In this document: piece by piece, positions 50,383 through 59,800 of the stretch
Numbering within the stretch: the stretch's first letter is position 1
Layout of the letters: the number at the start of each line of letters is the position of its first letter
NCBI GenBank assembly: GCA_023251555.1
Contig: JAHEYN010000002.1
Span: 19,783-83,782, forward strand
Reading direction: 5' to 3'
DNA length: 64,000 nt
Origin: Bacteroidota bacterium
Lineage (GTDB): Bacteria > Bacteroidota > Bacteroidia > AKYH767-A > JAHEYN01
Made by a program: the position numbers and the translations under genes
Notes under the pieces: generated by a model
Databases searched by the model: none
What the model saw: only the letters and a program-made list of their open reading frames with translations
Told to the model about the DNA's origin: nothing

Positions 50383-51018
50383 TTAATGTAATACTCTCTT
50401 CTGAATATCGAAATAAAATTGTCGGGTATGTTCTTTCTTAAATCTCGATAGACCGTCGTATGAAAGTTTATTCGATGTCAGATGTTTCAACGGTATTAAA
50501 AATAATTCGTCAGGATTCTCAGGTTCTCCGCCAAGCCCCAAAGCAATATAAACAGACGTCTTTCTTTCTGTTTCAAATTGTTTGTAATTGTGTAGTTGTC
50601 TTTCTTTCGCTAGTTCAACGTATCCATTATAAAGGCCACTTCTATATTTACATTCTAAGGCAAATCTCGTTGAAAAACCTTTCATATGAAATTCTAATTC
50701 TAAATCTGGATTCATATTCGATTCGGCATAAACGCCATCTATGTACTTGTCACTTCTCCATTCTTTAACAGTAAAATAATTTTTGTCGAACTTTTTAACT
50801 ATAAATTTCTCGAACTTGTCTCCCTTTTCTTTTAAGAAGTCTGTGGATACTTGCTCGCGCGCTCCACGTGACTTTCTGCTTTTTGCTTCAACGTAGAGTT
50901 TGGGTACTTTTTTTCCGTCTATTCCACGCAATCCTTCTTGAAATGGTTCTTTGAAATATGGTTTCCAAATCACAATATAAAGTATATAACCAATAATGAT
51001 TATTAATATCAGCTCCAT
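50383..51018 (-). CDS. Membrane-anchored putative PD-(D/E)XK nuclease-fold protein
   Basis: N-terminal TM helix; KG..FE...PDL......FALECKYRS...QL..Y. Confidence 0.6.
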   Translation of the reverse strand: MELILIIIIGYILYIVIWKPYFKEPFQEGLRGIDGKKVPKLYVEAKSRKSRGAREQVSTDFLKEKGDKFEKFIVKKFDKNYFTVKEWRSDKYIDGVYAESNMNPDLELEFHMKGFSTRFALECKYRSGLYNGYVELAKERQLHNYKQFETERKTSVYIALGLGGEPENPDELFLIPLKHLTSNKLSYDGLSRFKKEHTRQFYFDIQKRVLH

Positions 51019-51132
51019 TCGGTTGTTAAAGCGATAGTGTTAGATTCAATTAGTAGCGTGTTATTTTCAATTTTTAAAGTTCTAGATTCTTATGTATCTG
51101 TCAAGCTGGAGATCGCTGAGCAGGTAGAAAAT

Positions 51133-51417
51133 CTATTCTGTTTCTTTCCGCAAGAGCTGCCTTTCAAAAGCCTCATCTGAAACAGACTCAACCGATTTTA
51201 TTTCCGGGACGGCGTGTATGACAGCCTGTTCAATACCTGCTTTCAGCGTCATCATGCTCATAGCACAGGAGCGGCAGGCGCCGTGCAGGCGGAGCTGCAG
51301 GGTCATGTCTCCCGTAACTCCTATGACGGACACATTGCCCCCGTCGGCCTCAAGATAGGGGCGGATTTGCGTAAGGGCATTCTCAATACGTTCAAGCAGG
51401 CGGGGATCCTTGTTCAC
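51133..51417 (-). CDS. NifU-like (Nfu) Fe-S carrier
   Basis: IRPYL.ADGG.V...L.GAC.SC.MS..TLKAGIE. Confidence 0.92.
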   Translation of the reverse strand: MNKDPRLLERIENALTQIRPYLEADGGNVSVIGVTGDMTLQLRLHGACRSCAMSMMTLKAGIEQAVIHAVPEIKSVESVSDEAFERQLLRKETE

Positions 51418-51429
51418 TTACCGTGGGAG

Positions 51430-52530
51430 TTATTTTATGATTTCAACTTTTTTGGTGGCCTCCATCGTTGCATTCCTTATGGCTACCTGCTGTGCTGCGT
51501 TTGCTGCAAGTTCCATGAAGGCAGAAGCAGAAGGAGAGTCATTTCCGATAACTGCAGGCCGGCCTTCGTCGCCCCCCTCGCGTATGCTTTGCACAAGCGG
51601 GATCTGCCCGAGCAAGGGGATGTCAAGTTCTGCTGCAAGTTTTTTACAGCCTTCTTTCCCGAAGATGTAATATTTGTTTTCCGGTAATTCAGCGGGAATA
51701 AAAAAAGCCATATTTTCCACCAGTCCCAGCACAGGCACATTGATGGCTGGCATACGGAACATGGCGATGGCCTTGCGTGCGTCAGCGAGTGCCACTTCCT
51801 GGGGCGTTGACACCACGATGGCGCCTGTAACGGGAACCGACTGCACAAGTGTCAGGTGAATGTCGCCCGTGCCGGGAGGCAGATCAATGAGAAGATAATC
51901 AAGTTCTCCCCAGAGGCTGTCGCTGAACAGCTGCTGCAGGGCTTTTGATGCCATGGGCCCCCTCCATACGATGGCCTGGTCGCGTGCTACCATAAACCCG
52001 ATGGAGAGGATTTTGACCCCGTACTTTTCAAAAGGGATCATTGCCGAACGTCCATCTGCTTCACTTACAGCGAGGCGTTCATTTTCCAGCCCGAACATGA
52101 TAGGAACCGAAGGTCCGTAGATATCAGCATCTATGATTCCCACCTTTGCCCCTGTCCGGGCGAGAGATACAGCGAGGTTCACCGCCACTGTGGATTTCCC
52201 GACTCCGCCTTTGCCGGAAGCCACTGCTATGATGTTTTTAACTCCGGGGAGCAGGGATTGTTTATCCTGCCGCCTGCTGGTTACACGGGAGGTCATGTTG
52301 ACTTTTACATCAGCGTCCTTGTCAATGTAATGTATAATTGCGTTGATGCAGGCTCTTTCAATCATGGACTTCAGCGGGCAGGCGGGGGTGGTAAGCACCA
52401 CGCTGAAAGAGACATGTTTCCCGTCAATAACGATATCCTCAATCATATTGAGTGTGACGAGATCCTTTTTCAGGTCAGGATCCTCCACGTAGCTGAGCGC
52501 TTCAAGTACTTTTTCTTTGGTGATGTTCAT
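51430..52530 (-). CDS. mrp: Mrp/NBP35 (ApbC) Fe-S cluster carrier ATPase
   Basis: V.DP.L..D.V.L, LTTPACP, VASGKGGVGKST, DADIYGPS, WRGP, D.PPGTGD, STPQ, GLVENM. Confidence 0.94.
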   Translation of the reverse strand: MNITKEKVLEALSYVEDPDLKKDLVTLNMIEDIVIDGKHVSFSVVLTTPACPLKSMIERACINAIIHYIDKDADVKVNMTSRVTSRRQDKQSLLPGVKNIIAVASGKGGVGKSTVAVNLAVSLARTGAKVGIIDADIYGPSVPIMFGLENERLAVSEADGRSAMIPFEKYGVKILSIGFMVARDQAIVWRGPMASKALQQLFSDSLWGELDYLLIDLPPGTGDIHLTLVQSVPVTGAIVVSTPQEVALADARKAIAMFRMPAINVPVLGLVENMAFFIPAELPENKYYIFGKEGCKKLAAELDIPLLGQIPLVQSIREGGDEGRPAVIGNDSPSASAFMELAANAAQQVAIRNATMEATKKVEIIK

Positions 52531-52560
52531 GAGCTTCGGAGCGATAAAATTACGGAATAA

Positions 52561-54114
52561 TCACAGCCCTTTCAAATTCCCGGCAGATTCCCTGGCTTCC
52601 GCTTTTTCTTTTACGATTAGGGCAAAGGGCCGGTTCTCTGTTTTGCTTTCCAGCCATGAGACAAAGTCAAAATACTCCAGCGCCTTTCTTTCAGATGGAC
52701 CCTCGAGAATTATACCTATCTCTGTTTTTAATTCTTTAAATGCTTCTGTAAGTTGTTCCTGAGAAATAATTTTCGGCAATTTTTTCATGAGAAAGTCAAG
52801 TATGGCGGCCTCCAGTTTGTAAAGACGATTGCGTTTCGAAAGAAAGCGGGAGGCGGATTTCACGATATACCCCAGGAGATCCATGTTCTGCAAATCAAAA
52901 TGAAGCAGAAGGTTAATGATTTGTGCTGTTGAATGGATATCCGGGAAAACATCTTTTTCGGGAAAGTTTAAAATTTTGTTCAGCCATGCAAGTGCTTTGG
53001 ATAAATCACCCGCATAGTAGTACAGGGAAAGGATTTTGAAATAAAACAGCAGCACATCTTTTTTATTTATTTTCGTTTCAAAATCCTGCAAGCCTGAAGT
53101 TATGGTATCAACCAGTTTGGTGCCTTCGGTAAAATCTGCCATATTGAGATAATAGGCAAGTTCCATATTGTAGGAGCGGGAAAAAATTTTTGCTTTCAGC
53201 GCTGTGGTATTTTTTGCCGGTGGAAGTTTGCCGGGGATTGTTCTCAGCTTATGAATATTTTCAAGCGCTTCATCATATTTTTTTAAGCGGGAACATGCAT
53301 TAATCAGATTATTGACAGCATCTATGTAATCATTTATCTCTTCGGCCATCTGGGTGGGGTGTGCCTCCATCATTGCAACCCATTTCCTGTGGTTGTTGTA
53401 GGCTTTGAGTAAGGCTCCCGTGGCGGTATAGAAGCTTCCGTATATGCGGTAGCGGTATATTTTTTCGGGAAAGGAACGTGTCTCGTTTGTGTCCGCAAGC
53501 AGAGGACTTTCCATGAAGGCAAAGTTTTGGAGAGAGATATTACGGGTAGTTTTTCCCGTACGGCTCAGCACGTTTACCATGGAATGATAGCGGCTGTATT
53601 CCGCCAGGTTTTTCTGTTTTCCCAGCAGCAGTATTTTTTCCCTGTAAAGTTTATCGGCGTCTTCGTTCAGCGCCCGCACATCTGTATTTCGGAGGGCAAT
53701 TTTCTTTTTCCATTCTATAATTTCGATCAGCAGCAGGAACCGTTCGTGTTTAACGGCAATTTTTTTTGCCTGCTGCAGAAGGTCTAGGCAGTCTTCATAT
53801 AACCCTTTCTCAAAAAGAATCCCCGCCTGCTGCATAATGTTCCCGAGTTTCATGTCAACGGACAGGTTGGCATGGTATGACTGCAGGCTTTCTAGGATAA
53901 GATTGTAAAGATATTTTTTCAGGTGAGGGAGCCTTTTGAATTTTTTCATTCCGGGAATAACCTCTTTTTCAAATGAGTTCTGTTTGTCAAACAGATCGAA
54001 TAAGTCAAGATAATTTTTTGACCCCTTATGAACGGAGCAGGCCAGTTTGAAATACCTTTTCTCCGACTTGGATAAGGATTTGACTAATTTGAATAACTTG
54101 AGAGAGTTCCCCAT
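52561..54114 (-). CDS. Uncharacterised helical/TPR-like protein, paralog R4
   Basis: LFKLVKSLSKSEKRYFKL...YLDLFD...LILESL, LHFDL.N, FDFVSWLESK.ENRPF. Confidence 0.75.
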   Translation of the reverse strand: MGNSLKLFKLVKSLSKSEKRYFKLACSVHKGSKNYLDLFDLFDKQNSFEKEVIPGMKKFKRLPHLKKYLYNLILESLQSYHANLSVDMKLGNIMQQAGILFEKGLYEDCLDLLQQAKKIAVKHERFLLLIEIIEWKKKIALRNTDVRALNEDADKLYREKILLLGKQKNLAEYSRYHSMVNVLSRTGKTTRNISLQNFAFMESPLLADTNETRSFPEKIYRYRIYGSFYTATGALLKAYNNHRKWVAMMEAHPTQMAEEINDYIDAVNNLINACSRLKKYDEALENIHKLRTIPGKLPPAKNTTALKAKIFSRSYNMELAYYLNMADFTEGTKLVDTITSGLQDFETKINKKDVLLFYFKILSLYYYAGDLSKALAWLNKILNFPEKDVFPDIHSTAQIINLLLHFDLQNMDLLGYIVKSASRFLSKRNRLYKLEAAILDFLMKKLPKIISQEQLTEAFKELKTEIGIILEGPSERKALEYFDFVSWLESKTENRPFALIVKEKAEARESAGNLKGL

Positions 54115-54252
54115 TAGATTTTACATATTTAAAATACAAAATTAGCATAAAATAGCCTATATTAAAATATTTTAACACCTATATAAGCATCTATTAATAT
54201 TTAGAATTAGCATAATAATGAAAAAAAGGTTTCCTCCGGAACCGTAATCTTT

Positions 54253-54260
54253 TATGTTTG
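54253..54260 (+). promoter_or_regulatory. -7 promoter element (TATGTTTG) for the cargo operon
   Basis: TAnnTTTG about 30 bp upstream of ATG 54290. Confidence 0.6.
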
Positions 54261-54289
54261 CAGTATAATATAATATAATACTATCCGGG

Positions 54290-56806
54290 ATGAAATCAGC
54301 AAAGACTAAACATATGAAGCGACAGGTACTTATATCATTGATAATTATTGCTGCCCTTAATGCAGACGGGGCTGTTGTATCAACTCTTTCCTCTGCCAAT
54401 CCTTCCATAGTTGCAGCAAATATCAGCACGGGTACTCCCAAGCAGGCGATATACAAATTCGCGCTTACAGTGTCCGGCGGGTCCGCAAGTTTCACAGGGT
54501 TTAACTTTACCACCAATGCCGGTTATGCCGCAGCTGATGTGGCAAAATTCCAGTTATGGTATGGCAGCGATCTGGGCACTGCCGTGCAGACGGGTACCGA
54601 TATAACCACAAGCCTGGGCCCCGGCTTACATACATTCGCCGCATTCACGCTTTCATTGCCCTCCCCCTGCTGTTTCCCGCCGACCTATTATTTCTGGGTT
54701 ACAGCAGATATAACCGCAGCTGCGACGCTTACCAACAAAATTACGGTGCCTGCAATTACAACCGCCAATCTCACTGTGACAGGAAAAACAGGCTCGGCTT
54801 ATGCAGGTGGCACACAAACAATAATAAAATTATGCAACAGCGCAATCCCCACTATCACGAATGTCAGTCCCCTTACCGGGAATATTGCTTCGACCGTAAC
54901 AATAACGGGGACCAATTTTAACACAACCCCTGCCAATAACATCGTATTTTTTGGCTCTGCGCAGGCGAGTGTAACTGCAGCCACCGCCACTTCTCTTACC
55001 GTTACGGTTCCCTTTGGCGCCAGTTACGACAATGTTTCTGTTACAAACCTTGCTTCCAACCTTACCGCCTACAAAGCACCTTTTGACATACTGTATTCAT
55101 GTCTCTCTTCCAATTTTGCAGCCGCAGTTGACTTCGCAGTAGCGGGCTCTCCTTATGTCCCTGACCCCATGAGTATTTCTGCTAGCGATCTTGACGGTGA
55201 CGGGAAACCTGATCTTATTATTACCATGATATATGGGCCCGAGTTCTCCGTCTTCAGGAATACCAGTACTCCCGGAAGTATATCCTTTGCCGCCAGAGTG
55301 GACTCTGCCGGCAGTAATTCCGACGGCCTTGTTATAGGAGATGTGGATGGGGATGGAAAGCCTGACCTTGTTGTAACAGACATGGGATTAAATGTTATAC
55401 ATGTTTACAGGAATACCTGCACCCCCGGCATAATTTCCTTTGCAGCTAAAATAGATTACCCTACAGGTACGGCTAATGCAGGTACTTACGGCATTACCAT
55501 GGGTGACCTGGATAGTGATGGCAAACCCGACCTCGTTGCAACAAATTACTCTGAACAAACCATTTCGGTATTCAGAAATACCTCCACCGCGGGAACCATT
55601 TCTTTTGCCACAAAAGTGGATTATGCCCTGGGGTATATGTCGGAAAGAGCTTCCATAAATGACCTTGACGGCGACGGCAAACCGGATCTCGTCATTGCCT
55701 GCCTCAGCTCAAATGTTGTTTCAATATACAGGAATATTACATCTTCCTGCGGAACTATCGCCCTTGCTGCCAAAGTTGATTATACCACAGGGAACAGCCC
55801 CTATGATATCAATATTGTTGATTTCGACGGTGACGGGAAACTGGACCTCTCAACTTCCAACGGAACAGACAACAGCATCTCTTTGCGGCTGAACACCAGC
55901 ACCCCCGGAACTATTTCTTTCGGAGCAACGGTCGCTTATGTTGTGCCGGGAGGATCCCCGGGATATTCCCTGATGTTTTCCGGCATGGGTGATTTTAACG
56001 GCGATGGGAAGGCAGACCTTGCCGTAGGCAATAATATTACGGAAACTGTTTCGGTGTTCCAGAACACGAGTTCCCCGGGTACCGTTTCTTTTGCGACACA
56101 CGTTGACTATTCAACAGGTGCTATCTCAGGACCTACCGATGTTGCGGCGGTTGACCTGGACGGGGATACCAATATGGATATGGCAGTGACCTGCCAGGGC
56201 TGGCCCGGGAAAATCTCAGTTTTCAGGAATACCTGTACCCCCCTGCCCATAGAACTGCTTTCATTTACAGCCTCTCCGGGCGAATACAATACCGTTCAAT
56301 GCCTGTGGAATACAGCTTCGGAGTCAAATAACGAATACTTTTTGGTTGAAAGAAGCAAAGATGGAAAAACCTTTGAGGCCATAGGAAAGGTTAAAGCAGC
56401 AGGGAATACAAGCACAGGAAATCAATACTCATTCACTGACGGCTCTCCTCTCTCCGTCCCGAAAGGAGAAGCAATCTATTACCGCCTCAGGCAGGTGGAT
56501 TTTAACGGGGAATTTACTTATTCAAACATAGTGGCCGTTGTCTTGGAGCTCTCCCGCTTTGCTGTCCGCATTTCCCCGAACCCCTCCGGGGGCGAAGATG
56601 TAAACTGCGGTTTTTTTATGAACGGAAATAGTGCTTCCGTAATGGTGTCGGATGTGCTGGGGAACAAGGTGGTAACCGAAAATGTTAAAGGCCCCCGTGG
56701 ATTCAGCAACCTCAAACTTCATACTGCGAATCTCCCTTCGGGCATTTATTTCATCGAAATCAACGATGAGTTCAGGCAGGAGCAAGTGAAATTCATTAAA
56801 GAATAA
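54290..56806 (+). CDS. T9SS type A cargo: BNR-associated N-terminal-like + IPT/TIG + FG-GAP propeller + CTD
   Basis: YFWVTADI; TVTITGTNF..TP.NNIV.FG; eight D.DGD..D repeats; LPIEL module; KFIKE. Start may be 54314. Confidence 0.87.
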   Translation: MKSAKTKHMKRQVLISLIIIAALNADGAVVSTLSSANPSIVAANISTGTPKQAIYKFALTVSGGSASFTGFNFTTNAGYAAADVAKFQLWYGSDLGTAVQTGTDITTSLGPGLHTFAAFTLSLPSPCCFPPTYYFWVTADITAAATLTNKITVPAITTANLTVTGKTGSAYAGGTQTIIKLCNSAIPTITNVSPLTGNIASTVTITGTNFNTTPANNIVFFGSAQASVTAATATSLTVTVPFGASYDNVSVTNLASNLTAYKAPFDILYSCLSSNFAAAVDFAVAGSPYVPDPMSISASDLDGDGKPDLIITMIYGPEFSVFRNTSTPGSISFAARVDSAGSNSDGLVIGDVDGDGKPDLVVTDMGLNVIHVYRNTCTPGIISFAAKIDYPTGTANAGTYGITMGDLDSDGKPDLVATNYSEQTISVFRNTSTAGTISFATKVDYALGYMSERASINDLDGDGKPDLVIACLSSNVVSIYRNITSSCGTIALAAKVDYTTGNSPYDINIVDFDGDGKLDLSTSNGTDNSISLRLNTSTPGTISFGATVAYVVPGGSPGYSLMFSGMGDFNGDGKADLAVGNNITETVSVFQNTSSPGTVSFATHVDYSTGAISGPTDVAAVDLDGDTNMDMAVTCQGWPGKISVFRNTCTPLPIELLSFTASPGEYNTVQCLWNTASESNNEYFLVERSKDGKTFEAIGKVKAAGNTSTGNQYSFTDGSPLSVPKGEAIYYRLRQVDFNGEFTYSNIVAVVLELSRFAVRISPNPSGGEDVNCGFFMNGNSASVMVSDVLGNKVVTENVKGPRGFSNLKLHTANLPSGIYFIEINDEFRQEQVKFIKE

Positions 56807-56841
56807 ATAATAATAGCTAATAAATTAAAAATTCCAAAGCA

Positions 56842-59800
56842 ATGAAAAAAATTACCAACTACCTGAAATTTTTTGTATTGATTCTATTGGTCAATGCAAA
56901 TGTCTCTTTTGCGCAGCTTACCGGAATAAAAACCATTCCGGGGACTTACGCAACAATTGCCTTGGCCATAACTGATTTGAACACAAGTGGAGTAGGGTCA
57001 GGCGGAGTAACATTCAACATAGCAGCCGGATACACAGAGACGGCAGTCAATCTTATTATTACTGCCACCGGCACAACTGCTAATCCCATAGTATTTCAAA
57101 AAAGTGGGGCAGGAGCAAATCCTTTGATTACTGCCGGTAATGGTACCACAACAAATCTTGATGGCATTATTAAACTGCAGGGAGTCAACTACATTACTTT
57201 TGACGGGATTGACCTTGTTGATCCTGCCAGTAATAATACAAATACTCTGGCAATGGAATTTGGATATGCCGTTCTTAAAAATGCTGTTTTTTCTTTGGGT
57301 TCCCAGCATATAACAATAAAAAATTGCGTCATTACTCTTCAGTCAACAGTTACTCAATCTACAGGAATATATTCTAATAATCATACTCCTTCCTCTGCTT
57401 CTGCACTTGTTACAAATCCATCGTATATGAATGAGTTTCCTAACGCCTATAATCAATATACGAATAATACCATCTCAAACTCCACATGGGGTATTCGTCT
57501 TGTCAGTTATAGTACAGCCAATTATCAATATACTGTGTATCTGGATCACGATAATCAGATAAGCGGCAATACTATAAGCAGTTTTGGAGGCAGTAATGTC
57601 GCTGCCACTTCGGGAATATATATTTATTATCAATTATCCGCCATTGTTACCAACAACAATATCTCTAATGGCTCTACGACTCTTGCAATTGCAGTTTATG
57701 GGATATACGATATAGGAGCAATTACTCCAACTACTGCAGTAAATAAAATTTATTCGAATACGATCAGCAGTATAAGCAACAGCGGAACCGGAATAGTATA
57801 TGGTATTTATGCAAGTTCAGTGTCTGATTATACCGATATCTATCAAAACACGATAAACACGTTATCAGCAACTGGAGCGGGTGTATATGGTATCTATAAA
57901 GCGGGAGCCGGAACATTGCTGAATGTTTACGGGAATAAAATTTACGATCTCAGCACCACAGGAGCATCCAGCGTTGCCTATGGGGTACAGATTGCAGCGG
58001 GTGTTACAAGCAACTTATATAATAACATCATAGGCGATCTTCGCGCTACAGTCTCCACCTCTGTCAATGCGGTGATAGGTATGGATTTCCAAACTCCGGC
58101 AGGAACATTCGTTAATGCTTACTACAACTCCATTTATATTAGCGGAACCGGAGGGGCGGGATTCGGCTCCTCGGGCATTAACTCATCAACAAATCCAACT
58201 TTAGCTCTTAAGAATAATCTGGTTGTTAATGCTTGTACTCCCGGAACAGGGCTTGTTGTTGCTTTCCGCAGGAGTAGTACAACGCTTACATCATACTCCG
58301 CCACATCCGGCAATAATTTATTTTATGCAGGGGTTCCTTCGGCATCACATCTGATTTATTACGATGGAACAAACAGCGATCAAACCATATGTACCTTCAA
58401 AGACAGAATGGTTGCTCCGAGAGAGACAGGAAGCGTTACGGAACTGCCGAGTTTTATAAGTACGGTAAGCAGCAATGTAAATTTCTTACATCTTAATACT
58501 GCTGTTGCAAACTTAGCAGAAAGCGGAGGCGTGGAAATAGCAGGATATACGACTGATTATGATGGCACGGGCACACGCCCGGCAGGGGGATATCCATTGG
58601 CTGGTCAGACCAAAGGAGGAGGATTTAAACCCGACATCGGAGCAGATGAAACAGATGCCACCCCCGGTGTTATGACATACCAGTGCAGCAATACCGTTCA
58701 GGTTACAGGAATAGCAACACAGGGAGGGACAAATAATAACATCATCAGAATAGATGTTTCAGCAACAGGATACACCACTCCTAAATCAGTAACACAATTC
58801 ACGGTAAATGCCAATGGGACAACTGCTATTGCGAACATCAATGCAGCAACGGCAAAAATATATTACACCGGCACAGACTCGAACTTCAGTGCCATAGGAT
58901 TGTTCGGAGGTACCACGCCTACCATAGCCAATTTCAACATTAATGGCAGCCAGGCATTACAAGCGGGAGTAAACTATTTCTGGCTTACTTATGATATCGG
59001 TGTTGCGGCACCCTGCGGAAACTTCATTGACGGAGAATGCATCTCTATGATTGTAGCGGCAGCTTCCAAGACTCCATCTGTTACTGCGCCTGCAGGAAAT
59101 AAGATAATCAAAGGCGGATGCAGTATTCCTTTTTACACCATTGACAATACATTGCCTGCAAGCTGTTCCAACTATATAAACTTCACGACAGCAATTGCAG
59201 ATTTAAATCTTGGTACTCCCGGTTGTCCTGTTGTTTATCATGTTAAAGCCGGACAAACATTCAATGAATCCAATATGACAATCACTGCATCTGGGACTGC
59301 TGCCAACACCATCACTTTTGTGAAGTCAGGTGCAGGAGCAAATCCTGTTATAAAGGCAGTAGCAGGAACAGGAACACTTGATGGGATTGTAAAATTTTCG
59401 GGTGCAGACTATGTTATATTTGACGGAATTGATTTACAGGAAAATGCAACCAATGTTACCACGACTACGCAAATGGAGTGGGGATTTGCATTATTGAAAA
59501 GTGATTTCACCAATGGAAGTCAGCACATACAAATAAAGAATTGCAGCATTACCCTGGATAAAACCAACCCGTCAGCAACAGGTATATACGGGGGCAATCA
59601 TACACCGGCATCGGTAACACAACTCGTTCCCATAAATATTAGCGGAACAAATTCGTATAATACCATTGATGCAGTGACTATTTCCAATGTGGCCACGGGT
59701 ATTTCGCTCAGCGGATATAACAGTACCGTTGCACCATACAGTTTTTACGATCAGCAAAATTATATCGGGGTTACTTCCGGAAATACTTTTACCAGCTTTG

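Noticed and set aside
51133-54114. R4 as an Fe-S biogenesis factor because it lies 30 bp upstream of mrp-nifU
   Set aside because: The other three paralogs have no Fe-S neighbours, and a degenerate -7-like site (TAATTTTA on minus) precedes mrp; the adjacency is probably incidental.
34238-54247. Tiny ORFs in regulator spacers (MKTKTQYS 34238-34264, MKYDNKQSKI 41616-41648, MKKRFPPEP 54218-54247) as RRNPP-type signal peptides
   Set aside because: Only 8-10 codons, no mutual similarity beyond MK, no hydrophobic export segment; expected by chance in AT-rich DNA.
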